DNA of 64,000 nt, taken from contig NC_043000.1 in the NCBI RefSeq assembly GCF_006345805.1, positions 95,604,001-95,668,000 of the forward strand, written 5' to 3'. The position numbers and the translations under genes were made by a program. The number at the start of each line of letters is the position of its first letter. The stretch's first letter is position 1. Below are positions 1 to 13,390 of the stretch, piece after piece. The DNA is from Octopus sinensis. Lineage: Eukaryota. The notes below the pieces were generated by a model. It was not told where the DNA came from. It was given only the letters and a program-made list of their open reading frames with translations, and did not search any database.

Positions 1-290
1 CCAGACGAGGCTGGCAAACGGCCACGCTCGGATGGTGTTTTTTATGTGCCACCGACACAGGTGCCAGACGAGGCTGGCAGACGGCCACACTCGGATGGTG
101 TTTTTATGTGCCACCGACACAGGTGCCAGATGAGGCTGGCAAACGGCCACGATCGGATGGTGTTTGTTACGTGCCCACAGCACGGAGGCCAGTCGATGCG
201 GTACTGGCTACGGCCACGTTCGGATGGTTTTCTTGTGTGCCATGTGCCACCGGCACTGGTACCACAAAGATACAAATTCCATTGATGTTC
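1..290. repeat. RTE-tailed Octopus SINE fragment with internal ~62-bp tandem repeat
   Basis: Unit GTGCCACCGACACAGGTGCCAGACGAGGCTGGCAAACGGCCACGCTCGGATGGTGTTTTTAT recurs at offsets 1, 64 and 126; the same motif occurs inside the SINE copy at 23036-23390. Confidence 0.75.
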
Positions 291-346
291 ATCTATTTTG
301 ATAAAATTGTCAGCTTTACTTTTTAACATAGAGGAAATTTACTCAC

Positions 347-411
347 TGGATTATCAAAATCAGCATTTTGAAGAGGGTCCTCCGATAAACTGGTATCCAT
401 TTCATTCTCAG
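347..411 (-). CDS. Candidate second coding exon of the minus-strand gene (putative SIRT1), (A)ENEMDTSLSEDPLQNADFDNP
   Basis: Minus strand reads CTAAT branch-like site, TTTTTTTGTCTTTTTCAG acceptor, 65 nt open in phase 1 (matches the phase-1 donor at 5097), then a GTGAGT donor. No homology recognised. Confidence 0.55.
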
Positions 412-1596
412 CTGAAAAAGACAAAAAAATTCATAAAATATAAACTGTCCAGTAAATTAGGAACTGTTCAGTATACTCCATCACCAATGTTTTAACATCC
501 ACATTTCCACGCTCATACAAGTCAGATGGAATTTGCTGAAGCAAGTTTTCTATGGCTGGATGTCCTTCCTGTCGCCAACCCTCATTTGTTTCCAAGTAAG
601 GTAATATTTCCACATGACCAAATATGTTTTGACGAAAAAATTGGAAAAGAATGACACTGCTTGCATGACGCTGTCACTTGCTTACAACTATCACGCAATG
701 TCAAGGCAAGGAGACAGTAACACACCACACACAAACATATTTAAGACAGACTTCTTTCAGTTACCATCTACCAAATTCACTCACAAGGCTTTGGTTGGCT
801 CAAAGCTATAGAAGATACTTGCCCAAGGTGAAAGGCAGCAGGACTAAACCAAGTAGTTGGGAAGTAAGCTTCTTACCACATCATTGCACTGTTTTACATA
901 AAGACAAGGATTTCTAAAGTAAGTACCATGTACATCATTCTCAAAAGCATTGAGATTATATCAGGCCAATCACTCTGTGGTCATCCAAACTGCTTGAAAT
1001 AGCAGCTAATTCTCCCTCAAACCACTCTTCAGTCATATGAGATAGGATACATTAGATATTGCCCTTCATACCCCAAAAATGACAAGATGACCATGACTAC
1101 ATACTGGAAAACGTTTGGTCATAGATCAGCTTGGTCAAGTATAATCTGGTGTTAAAGAGCAACAACTTATTAAAACTCAATAAAATTTTATGTCTGGTAC
1201 CAAAGAGCTGTGGGCATCTTGCATTAACATTTCCTGCACAAATAACAACAGAATTCCTTTAGTGGAACTTCTTGTCTGATGAAACTGTCTTCATTTTAGC
1301 AGAAAAAGCCAAACATCATGGCCAGAAATATGGCATAAGCACAGCCAAACACTTAAATTTTTAGTGGATTAAGATGAAGAGTGCAGTAGTACTTAGTTGT
1401 GCTGTATCCCATGTTCAAATCCCATTGCAGTTCGTTTTGGCCCTTCATCCCCCCAAAATTCATAAAATAAGTTACCAGCAATGTATATAAACTAAGAGGT
1501 GACTGACTCTGACTTGGCAATCTGTGCCTTTTCTCCATAAAAAGAATTTGTGCCCAATCAGAAGAATTAAGTACCAAATTTAATTCATATCAATGA

Positions 1597-1979
1597 TCTC
1601 TCTCTATATAAACGGCAGTTTGTCTGTGCGTGTTTCTGTGTGTCTGTTTTCTCGTACCCTCACCCTGACCACGGCTTTCAACCGATTCTGATGAAACTTG
1701 ACACACACATAGCCCAATGTCATAATTCAAAACTAACGCAGCAAAAATTTTGAAAAGTTCCCCCAGTTCTGAAAAAGATCGATAAATTCGACATGGGGTC
1801 GACAATCAGAAACAAACCACAGATGGTCTAGGGGACGCAACTCGACCTTTTTAACTATCAAAAAAAATTTACCATAATTTTTTCCCCCATTTTTTTGCTA
1901 TTTTTTGGCTATAACTCTCTAAAAATGCTTTATAGTTATTTCCCTTACAAACCCGAGCAACGCCGGGCGATACTGCTAG
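1597..1979 (+). mobile_element. Non-autonomous Helitron
   Basis: 5' TC after A; 3' hairpin CCCGAGCAACGCCGGG followed by CTAG then T, the canonical Helitron termini and A/T target. Confidence 0.8.
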
Positions 1980-1990
1980 TTTATTTATAT

Positions 1991-2192
1991 ATCTTTTATC
2001 TTTTACTTGTTTCAGTCATTAGACAGCAGCCATGCTGGAGCACCACCTTGAGGAATTTTAGTCAAACTAATCGACCCCAGTGCCTATTTTCGTTTAAGCC
2101 TGATACTTATTTTATCAGTCTCTTTTGCTGAACTGCTAAATTACAAGGACGTAAACACACCAACACCAGTTGTCAAGTGGTTACGGGAACAA

Positions 2193-2223
<31 letters not shown>

Positions 2224-2237
2224 ATATATATATATAT

Positions 2238-2269
<32 letters not shown>

Positions 2270-2271
2270 CA

Positions 2272-2325
<54 letters not shown>

Positions 2326-2478
2326 GCGTATGTCTGGCTTCTTTCCGTTTCTGTCTACCAAATCCACTCATAAGGCTTTAGTTGGCGTGAGGCTATAGCA
2401 GAAGACACTTCCCCAGGATGCCACGCAGTGGGACTGAACTCGGGCCCATGTGGTTGGGAAGTAAGCTTCTTTCCACAC
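1991..2478 (-). mobile_element. tRNA-derived Octopus SINE with internal TA microsatellite
   Basis: Minus-strand head with B-box-like GAGTTCAGTCCC; body matches copies at 18540-19195, 47135-47515 and 55885-56050. Confidence 0.8.
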
Positions 2479-5097
2479 GTATGTTAATTTAGATATAAGC
2501 AAAAAGTTTAATAAACAGAAATGCTGCGAGGCAACACACTGAAAAATAATATTAACATTTCTTTGAAACTTATTCAATGAGTAAATGGGCGGGTCAATGT
2601 CTTGCTGGAAATAGCAATTAAATCTCCTTCAAATCACCGTTAAAAGAGAGAGCACGTTGGAAAATAGTCCTGTGGTCACGGCTGGAAGGCGTATGATTAT
2701 AGATTGACTCGATCTACATAAACAACGTGGACTAAACAAGAACGAGTTGCTAGTCATACCGAGAGAAGTTCTTTACAGACAAGCCATCAAGACTAATTCA
2801 GACGAATTTACTTCCTCATACACAAATCCTGTTGTAATAACAACAAAAACAATTTGTTTTGCTTCGTTCAAGTGAAAGACTGGACAAAAAAAATGTGAAT
2901 ATCGACAGAACGAAAGAATTGCGCTTGTCCTCAATAAGTTAATTTAAAAAAAAAAAACTATTGTTGTTGTGTAGCTCATGGCCAGCCCTGATCAACCAGC
3001 GATCAAAGAGCTCACACATCTGTGGTGATCCACTAAATTGTAGTGTTATCAATCCCCGTATCCTTCCATTTTTTTAAGTGGTGGAGGATTTGAGAAAGTT
3101 CTGACTTATTTCTAGCAATTCGAGCGACCACGTAGACAACACAACACGGATTGCTTTTATGTGGTCGTTTGATCTATAGCGAATAACTATCAAACCATTC
3201 GCAAAACACACCCTGCCACTTCGACAGTCTTCTAAAAAGGACACACGGGGTGATGATATATATCCTGAATTCCTACACATAGGAAACAGACGGAAAAGTC
3301 GCGGCTGGAATGCCTTTTATTCTGCATACGCGATCAGGGACCTAGGGTTAAGCATTAAATCACGTAGCGGTTCACTTCCGTGTTGGCTCAAAAGGCATTT
3401 GTGTTGTAATTTGAATAGAGACAAAACTATGGGAAAAGAGCGCAGTCGATAAGAGATTTTGTGAAAATTATTTATTTATTGAAATAAATTTATTCACGAA
3501 AATACGTTAGATTTGCCTGTCGTCTACGAAAAAAGAAGGCGAGGAAGGAAGGCCATTAAAGGTAAGCGTGGGAAATGAAAATCTTCACGAAATCTATAAA
3601 GCCAAATAGATTATTAGGTTTCAAGCATTTACATATACTGAAAACATGTCGCATGTATGTGTGCTTATGTTTGTACGTGGGCGTGTAAGTCTGTGTGTTC
3701 GTGTCTGTGTAAGTGCGTGAGCGTGTTTATGTCTGCATTTGTGTACATCCGTGTGTTTGTGTAAGTACGTGTGCACATGTGTGTCTGTATGTTTGTTTAA
3801 ATGTGTTTGTTTGTGTACATGTATGTGTGGGCATATCTGAGCAATAAACCTGTTAGTCTATGCATACGTGCATCTCAGGTAAAATACAAGTATATGTACA
3901 TTTGCAAAGAAATGGTTTAACAAAACCCAGGAGTTGCTGCTTTAGTCCATACAAACTCAGTTTTGTTTGAATAAACTTATGTAATAGCCAAGACGTTTGA
4001 ACCGTGACTATTTTTTCTTCGTTTTTATCACTTTTTTTTTTTTGTAATATCTGGGGGTACCTTTTCCAACATGTCGTTTCTGAAATTGGTACGGGTGATT
4101 TAAGGTAGATTTTATTTGCTACTGGAGAGGGCCGCGCTTACCATCACGTAGATGCTCCTTTGCTTGTCAGACTTATAAGGGGGCTCCAACCATAACCATC
4201 CAGTAATATTTTTTTTTCAAGCCGGAAACTTTTTTTTTTTTTTGAGACAGTACAGTGTAATTAGGGTATCATTAGCCTGTTCTTTCTAGCAGTCCAACCA
4301 TGACCACCTCGTCTTTTTTCGATGTTTCTCGGACTACCATACCCAATGTGTCCTTCGATTCCAGATGTAGTTCCTTCTTGTAGACGTTTATTCTCTATGA
4401 GGGCTGGATAATCGAAATGTCTAGGATAATGATAAATATATACGGCTTGGGGTATAATGGTCGTTGAGAGTATAAGCAATTATGGATAGAGAATATCAGT
4501 TCCATATAATATGCATATTATGTATGAGAAGGTTTGTTCATGCATGTGTGAGCGAATATGTGGTAATCGATGAGGAGAGATGGATGATGTAAGGGAGGAA
4601 AATGCCAGGGACTCAACCAGCCAACATGCATGGGTAGCAAGTGAAAAGGCTTCTCTGGGGAATTTATCAATGTAGATATAAGCGTAGACACGGCGAATCG
4701 ATCGATAATGGACAGCTTCGAGAGAGAGAGAAGAATAACAACAAGAGGCATAGAGAGAAAGAATAAAACAGAGGAAGACAAACAGTAAGACAGTGAAAGT
4801 TTCAGAGTAAAATAATGAAATTCAACAGGATATAAAGACATATATATATGTATGTATATATATATATACGCACAGGTGTATGTATATACAGATGTTCATT
4901 TGTGTATACAAAGGTATATGTATATATACCCATATACAAGCGTATCTACATGTACTTGTATGGGGTACGTGAAAAAACAATGTACATGTGTACATACATA
5001 CACCTTGTCACACATGCACGTGCGTATGTATATATACATCTGAGTTTACGAGAATGTATACATAAATGTCGAAATGGAAATTTTCAGCAAATCTTAC

Positions 5098-6046
5098 CTG
5101 TGGTAATTTGTAGCATGTTCTCATCTTTCTTGAAGAATGATGAGGTCGGTGTTGACGACGATGATGGTGATGATGATGTTGACGATGGCGATGATGATGA
5201 TGATGATGATGATTCTACTGCTGCCCCAACCTTGTCGACGATTTTCCCTTCTTCTTCCACCTCTTCCTCTTTTTCTAATTTCTGTAGTTTCTCCATCGCT
5301 TCATCTTCCATCTCCACCTTTTCGTTCATAGTTTCCTCCATGTGCTGCTGTTGTTGTTGTTCACCTTTCTCTTTAACACAGACACGGGTTGAAATGTCAC
5401 CGCCGCAGCCACCACCACCGTCGCCGCCACCATCGTCACCATCACCACCACCGCCGCTGTTGCCGAAGCTGTCCCCACCACCACTTCTTTCGCCAGTACA
5501 TTGTTCATTGGCTTGCTGTGGTTGTTGTTGATGATGATGATGATGATGCTCCAGCTTTTCCTCGTGTTGTTGTTGCTGCTGTGGAAGCTGGTTCTCCGCC
5601 CCCACCTCCGCCTCTCTCGAGACCATAATCTTCTCTCTCTTCTCTTCCTGCTGCTGCTCGTCCTCGTCGTGGTGATGGTGGTCCAGATTTTCTTCAGTAC
5701 AAACAACTCCGTTATTATTAGTGGTAGTAGTAGCAGTAGTAGTAGTAATATTATTGGTAGTATTAGCAGTCGTAGTTGTATTATTATTATTATTATTATT
5801 ATTGTTGTTGTTATAATTATTATTATTATTATTAATATTACTGTTCTCGTTGTCGTCGTTATAATTATGATTAATATTATTAAAACAATGAGCCACTGGT
5901 TTACTATCTAAATGTTCAGGACACTTACTGTGTTTGAGATGTTCCGACGATAAATGTCCAAGAGGTGACCGCCGTTCATCAGAGTCCATACGAGGCCGTT
6001 TCGGCGAAAACGTCGCCACACTATCGTCGCTGTTTTTAGCAGCCAT
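5098..6046 (-). CDS. SIRT1: First coding exon (316 codons + 1 nt) of a gene with a long low-complexity N-terminus; putative sirtuin-1
   Basis: ORF MAAKNSDDSVATFSPKRPRMD... with poly-N/T/H/Q/G/S tracts; strong donor CAG/GTAAGA at 5098/5097 (phase 1). SIRT1 identity is inferred from the N-terminal KRPR NLS-like motif and the head-to-head position with DNAJC12; the catalytic domain is not in the window. Confidence 0.65.
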
Positions 6047-6085
6047 GTTTGGTCTTTATTCCTCTCTGGCTGGCTGGCCGTGCAG

Positions 6086-6097
6086 TGCGCATGTGCA
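6086..6097. promoter_or_regulatory. NRF1-like motif 40 nt upstream of the start codon
   Basis: TGCGCATGTGCA is one mismatch from the palindromic NRF1 site TGCGCATGCGCA and lies in a CpG-containing stretch. Confidence 0.3.
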
Positions 6098-6179
6098 AAA
6101 AAAAATGCCTAGCCTTAGATGATGTAGCTTCTCTCTGATTGAAAAGGCTGCTTTCTACCTCACCTCTTGCTTTATACCT

Positions 6180-6310
6180 CTCTCTTTACTCACTCTTTAC
6201 TTTTATCTATCTTTCTCTCTCTCTCTCTCTCTCTGTCCTTGTTTGATATTCGTTTTCTTTTTCTATTCTACCCGAATCTATTTATCTATCTATCTGTCTG
6301 TCTATCTCTT

Positions 6311-6373
<63 letters not shown>

Positions 6374-7969
6374 CCCCATTGTTTCTCTGTATATCTGTCT
6401 TTTATTAGGTCTCTTTTTCTCTCTGTCCCTGCATTCTCTCTCTTTTTCTCTGTCTCTCTATCTCACTTCCCTTACTCTTTCTTTTCTCTATCTCTTTCTC
6501 TCCCCTTACTCTCTTTTCTCTGTCTCTTTCTGTTTCTCTCACTTCCCTTACTCTCTTCTTTGTATCTTTCTCTCTCTCTCTCACTTCCCGTACTCTCTTT
6601 TTCTCTGTCTCACTCCCGCATTCTCTTACTCTCTCATTTTCTGCTTCTCTCTCTCTCTGTCTCTCTTTATTCTTATTCTTAATTCTTCTGTGTCCCTATT
6701 ACTCGTTCTCCCTCTTTTCAATCTCATACTCGCTCTCTTTTACTCTCAATCACTATTATATTCTCTCTTTCATTTTCTTACTCTGTCTTTTGCTCTGTCC
6801 CGCGCTCACTCTCTCTTTCTCTCTCTCTTTCTCTTGCATAGTATCATTCTTTTTCTCCCTATCTTTCTCTCTATATCACTCATTGCTTTTTATCTGGATT
6901 TTCTTACTCGTTTGGCACTTCTTTATTCTCTCTCTCTCTCTCTCTAGTCACCCTATACTTCTGATACTTTTTCTTTTATTCGCTCTATCCCTCTTACTCT
7001 TTCTCTTTTATCATCTTCCTCGCTATAACTTTTTCCTCACACTCTTTTACTAAAAAGTCTCTATCTATTTCTCTCTTCCTCTCTTTCTCACTCTCACTCT
7101 CTCTTCTCATTTTTCTGTTTCACTCTTTCTCTTCCCCCCTCTCTCTCTCTCTCTCGCTCTCTTTCCTCTCGTGCTCTCTCTCTCTCTCTTCCATATTCAT
7201 TTTTCGTTGCTCTGTTTCTCTTTTCTGTCTCTTTTCTTTTTCTCTTATCGTTTTGTCTTCTCTTTCGACTGACGCAGAAGCATCTAATATAAAAATATGT
7301 AACAAAAACATAAATAAAATATTTACATGTAAAACAAAAATAAAAACATACATGTACATGTGTATCAACATTAATATGCATACACATACACACACACACA
7401 CACACATATATATATGTATACATATATGAATATACGTATGTATTCGACTTTAATATAATGTATACATAAGCGCACATACGAAAATTAGAAACACACGTGC
7501 AGACGTATACGCTGAACAGACGCGCGTCCACAAACGTACATAAACACACACACATACATACATACATACATTACATACTCGCACACACGTAAAACATGCG
7601 CACGCATATAATATGCATGGAAGCATGAAGCCAAACGCAGACATGCACACACATACACACACACACATATGCACACAGGTAAACGCATACACACACATAA
7701 ATATCAATATACTATATATACGGATGTACGTTCGTACATGTATATATGTATGCATGTGAGGATCTTACACGTATTCATATAGTCATTCATAAACGTGTGT
7801 GTTTGCATTTGGGTATGTGTGTGGAGAGAGAGGGGGAGATTCATTTGCATCTAGACACATACATATACATGTATACATATATATATATGCATATTGATGC
7901 ATGTGTGTACATAGACATGTATATGTGTGTGTACATACATGTGTACGTACATACAGACGTGTATGTATG

Positions 7970-8019
<50 letters not shown>

Positions 8020-8650
8020 CATACATACATTCGTGGGTGTTTATGTGTATTTGTGAGTGTCTACACAGCCAGAGACCAACTTGTCCTAATTTCGTAGCCT
8101 GTCTATATTTTACCTTCTCTCTCTCTTTCTATCTGTCTCTCTTTATCTCTCTCTCTCTTCTTCCTATGCCAAACCGTTACACCCCCACAATAACTCGCCT
8201 AGCCAACCAGTCAGACAGTTTATCTCTTCTCTCTCCTTCTTTCCTTCCTTACCCAAACTACAACCTACAACTGAGGCAAATTACACTCAACCATAAACTA
8301 CAGCGCCAACAACATTCCCTACTTCGTCTCACTCTTCCACTAATTCCTGCAATTTTCTCTCTATCATTCCTCTATGTATGTATACATACACAGATACACA
8401 TGCTCTCTATCCATATCAGTCTGTTTTATTCTTTCTTTCTATCTATCTCTATCTTGTCTCTTTCATTCTTCACTTTCATTTTATTGAAATTTTTTTTTTG
8501 TTTTACCATAAATATTATTCTGTATATCTTTTTGTCTATCTGTCTGTGTATCTGTCTATATATTTATTTAGCTATCTATTGATCTATCATCTATCGATCT
8601 ATCTATCTTTTTAACTATACTTGTCTAAGTATTTGTCTAAGAATCTATGC

Positions 8651-8726
<76 letters not shown>

Positions 8727-8749
8727 TATACTGTATTTAATGTTGTAAT

Positions 8750-8802
<53 letters not shown>

Positions 8803-8830
8803 TATATTTATTTATTTATTTATTTATTTA

Positions 8831-8878
<48 letters not shown>

Positions 8879-9193
8879 TATTATATCTTTCTATATAATG
8901 TATATATTATAATATATACATCCTAATGTAAAATATATATAATCTATATAATCAGTATGTATATGTGTACATAAAACTCCTTCGTTCTTCCTTTCGCTCT
9001 TTCTCATCCATTCTCTCTTAACTTTTCTATCATTTTCTCTTTAATTCCATGCTCAATTCAACTACAACTTCTCACTATCATTTCAGTATCTGTCCGGTTA
9101 TCACTCTCTCTCTCTCTCTCTTATATACCCTCTCATTTTTTTCACTCTTTTTCTGATTTCTAACTAATTTCTTCGGTCTCTCTCTTTCTCCTT

Positions 9194-9225
<32 letters not shown>

Positions 9226-9800
9226 TTTATTCCCATTCACTTTTTGCCTTCTCCCTCCACTAATACCTTTTATCTCTTCTCTCTTTCTGTCTGTCTGTCT
9301 CTCTCTTTTAATTAAATCACTTTCGCTGTTCGATTTAATTACAACTTTTCTTTCCCTATCATTTTTTTTCACCACCCATATTCTTTTTACTGCTTTTCTC
9401 TCTCTTTCTCTCCATTTCTCTCTTTTTCTCTCTCTATCTCTCTCCCTTTCTCTGTCTACCCCCAATACATACACACGCACATTACCCCCTACTCTTGTAC
9501 ATGTTCATCCATATCAAGAAATATTTTACTGTATGCTTAAATGAATACTATCAATAACCATATATATTTACTTTGATGTTACTCACCATTCATTGTATAT
9601 CTATTACAGACCTCTCACTTTAAATCTTATATTTTTTTAAAGTCTGCATTACTCTCTCTTTCTCTCTCCCTACTCACCTTTTCTCTTCTTTCTTTTTCTT
9701 TCTTTCCATACCTATCTCTTAATCTATCCACCCATTTGTGTATCTATTTATCTATCTTTCTTTTTCATTTCGACCTCTCTTTTCGTCGTTTTCTCTTTTC
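6180..9800. repeat. Extended CT-, CA- and TA-type microsatellite / low-complexity tract
   Basis: Continuous (CT)n, (CA)n, (TA)n and (TCTA)n runs. Confidence 0.9.
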
Positions 9801-10455
9801 TCTTAAATTCTAATTTAGTCTTCTTTTCCTACACTGTCCCTCTTTTTCTCTCTATAAGTATAAACGAGTGTGTATGCATTGTGTGTATATACATATGTAT
9901 GTGTGTATGTATATATGAATGTGTATATACATATATGTATGTGTGTGTGTGTGTGTAAATACACACACAACGTTTCTCTTTCCTCACAGCCGTGACTTTG
10001 CATTGTGAACAACAGTAAATAACAAAAAATGGGTGTGTAATGCATATAAAGGACAACAGTTCTGAGTGTATTGATAAATGCATGAATACACAGTGCGTGG
10101 GTTTATTGTTAAATTGACAAGCATGACTCTACCAGTAAACAATAAACTGATACGTATTTCAGATATTACATGCATACATAAAGGCATTCCTATAGAATAG
10201 AGTCGGAAATTTATCAAGTGCGCTAAAACTTCAAATTTTCATGTTTTAAGTATCGCAAATTACGAGTCACCAAAAAACAGAAGAAAAAAGATACTGCTTC
10301 TCCTAATTTCCCTGGGGTTTTTTTTGGTTTTTTTTTTTGCTTATTTCGTAAACTTCTTTACAGATCTATATTTTAAACATCTGAAATCATAATTTTTTCA
10401 AAGATAATTCAAACTTTTAATTTTTTTTTTCATTTTTGGTGCCTTCCTTCCTTCT

Positions 10456-10520
<65 letters not shown>

Positions 10521-10569
10521 TTCATCATTTTACTTATTTCGAAATTCCTTTTCAGATTTATATTTCTTA

Positions 10570-13390
10570 AGCATTGGATGTTACACCCATATTGCCAAAC
10601 AACGCTCCAGTCTCCGACTGTACACCCCAAACTCTCATCCTCGCAGGGAATTGCCTGCAACACTTGTGCCACCACCAATAGGTGGAAGAGAGGCAGATAC
10701 TCTTCAAGGTGTTGTTGTTTCCATCATCTCTCTTACATCAGCCTGACACAATGGACCTCAAATGCAGCTGCTGCCTCTTCCTCTCAGCTGTGTGGCAGTG
10801 GCCATCCACTGCCTCATCAGATGAGACGGTATACCTGCCTGATGCCTTGCCCTCACTGGTCAACATCACCTGGCATGGGAGGTTTTGGAAGATACCTCTT
10901 AAGATCTTGAAAGTGGCCCAGGTGTTAGAGGCTAATGCCCTCACATCCTCAACTGGACTCCAGTAGACCCAGCAATTGGGAATGACTATTCTATTTTGCT
11001 CTACTTGCCTTCAGTCTTCCCAATACTGGTGTTAATCAAGGCAACCTGTCAACAACAACCCTAGTCAGGGCCAACATTTTGTCCTTTGGTATACTTAGTG
11101 TGTCCAAGTATGCTGAACCCTGCTCATTCGCATGCCTGCAGTCCTCCACCCCTGATGCTGGATTAAAGCATTTACACGGCTGGATAAACATCAACCTTAT
11201 TGAGGGTGATGTCTCAGCTGCTGTCAGAGTAGTCACCTCTGATGACACTGCCTTCTACCTTACTGAGATCCTGACTGCCCTCTAGCTCAAACATCATGAG
11301 CCATTTATAAACCTTAGATCAATACTCACACCCGACCTTCAGCCACTGTACATGGCCTCTGAGAAAGTCATCTCTGCTCTGTGGTCTTTCCCTACTAGTA
11401 GCAGCACTGGTATCGATGATTTATGACTCAGCCACCTCAGGGAGATGCTGTCCCTGCTTACTGCCAAAGTCAAGTGCACCTGCTGAGTGCAATAACAGCT
11501 CTCAACAGATTTATTCACAGTGTCCTGGACTCTTCTTCCTGAAGCCTCTTCTTTTCAGCCAGCCTAATCGGTCTCAAGAAAAAGGATGGTGACATATGCC
11601 CCATTGCAGTGAGTAATGTCTTCCAGAGGCTCAAGGCAAAAGGTCATCTGCAGATCCGTTACACCTGAACTAGACAAGGAACTCAACCCAATTTAACTGA
11701 GGGTTGGCATGGCCAGTGAATGTGAGGGAGCCATCCATGCCACTTGACAGTTCTTCAATGATTGTCCTCCCGTGCTGATATCAAGTTATTCCAAACACCT
11801 CGTTGTCAAGCTTGACATGAAAAATGTATTCAACTGTCAGTGCTACGGCTACTTGCTTGAAACCTACCTCAGCCATGCCCTGTTTGCCGACCTGCTAGCT
11901 TACCTGCCTTACAGGTCTCTTAGCATGCTCCTCACTTCTGATAAGATCATACTATCTTTGACTGGAATTCAAAAGGGCAATCTATTGGGCCCCTCCTCTT
12001 TGCTCTTATGATGGATAGCATTGCTTAGAGCATCACAGCTCCTTTCAATGTATGGTGCCTGGACGATATGATGATAGACAAGCCCATAGAAAGTGTCTTC
12101 TGTTACCTTTGAGCAGTTGTTCTCATGCTACAACGATCAGCCTCATGATTGACTCATCCGAGAGGGTTTTGTGGCCTCTGTCTTGGATGTGTGATCTTTA
12201 CTGCACCAAATGCAAACAACTTTGATAGAACACGTCCTTATCCTTGTTTCACCAATCCTCCTGCCTGCCATTCACTCCACCCTCAGGTCCAGGCTTTTTG
12301 CTACAACTACATATCTCTCCCCACAGATTTCGACACCTGTAACTAACAAGCTGCAGAAGAGATATGCAAGGTTCAGTTTGATGATACTGGCTGGCAACAG
12401 AACAGGTCACCTTACCTGTCAGGTATGACAGCCTCAGCCTCCAGTCTTACTGGTCCTGTTAGCATTTTTCTTATCAGTGACCTCTTGCATGTCCTCATCA
12501 ACAGGGTTCTCCACAACACAACCGAACCTACTCTAATTAGTGAGCACTAGGTGGCCCTACACAGCATGGAGCCAGCTCAGCTTACATCCTGCAGATGTCC
12601 ATCTCCCTCTCCTCTCTCTGGATGTCCAGTTTTCCCAAAACAAATGAAATGCCATCCAGTGCAGCATGATCTTGGCTGAGTTGATGCATTGACTTCACCA
12701 CCACTATCTGGCATGTTTCTGCTTGGCTCCTAGCCCCACAAGCAGTGCCTGGATCAACACAGTGTCATCACTCTTGACCGGCACTCAGCTTGATAATAAC
12801 AGTTTGTGCATTGGTGTTTCCCTGAGGTTTAGCCTCCAGATCTGTAAGCCTCACAAATGCTACTGTGGATCCATTGTCAATTCTTTCAACCTCCAACCAT
12901 TGTCATACCATTATAGTGCTGGGCGCCTTCTACACCATGCTACTCTCAATAACATCATAAAGCATGGCCTAGGTGTCACTGGCCTCCCTTGTGTCAGTAG
13001 GTTAGACCAAGGGGACAATAAAAAGCCTGGTGGTATTACAATTTTCCAATTCCATAGTGGTAGGCCCCTCATCTGGGATGTCACATGCTGTGACACCTTC
13101 TCCAGCAGCCACTTGGTGTGTTTAGCTACTCATCAGGCTGAGGATGGGCAAAATGTCAAAGCATTAGCCACTCTCTAACAAATTTGTGATTGATTCTGTG
13201 GCAGTGGAGACCTCCAGTGATCTTGGCCCCCAGACAACATCTTTGCTTACCGCTATCAAGGCAGAGATGGTTATCTACAACTGTGAGTCCTGTGAATCAT
13301 AGTGGCTGTTCCATTGCCTCTCTCTCACCATCCTCTAGGGCAACAGCTTTTCCATTTTGTCAGCTGGGACTATAAAACAGACTGGCAAGC
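10570..13390 (+). mobile_element. Degenerate CRE-like non-LTR retrotransposon (RT + zinc finger + restriction-like endonuclease)
   Basis: Motifs KKDGDICPIAVSNVFQRL, GMASECEGAIHA, KLDMKNVFN, GIQKGNLLGP, WCLDD, then CYCG..HHATLNNII..KKPGGITI..LIWDVTCCDT; many stops and frameshifts. Confidence 0.75.

Noticed and set aside
1-240. 62-bp direct repeats resembling a CRISPR array
   Set aside because: There are no unique spacers, the genome is eukaryotic, and the unit is an internal part of a SINE.
1201-1233. Possible 33-nt phase-preserving micro-exon on the minus strand
   Set aside because: The acceptor is plausible but the donor (GTACCA) is weak and there is no supporting homology.
3248-3270. GTGATGA...CTGA resembling C/D snoRNA boxes
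   Set aside because: Boxes are only about 12 nt apart and antisense to the host intron.
4848-5911. Plus-strand ORFs of 227 and 136 aa
   Set aside because: They are antisense shadows of the trinucleotide-rich exon plus microsatellite.
6243-8614. Long hydrophobic ORFs (234, 278 aa)
   Set aside because: They are translations of CT/TA/CA microsatellites that lack stops by composition.
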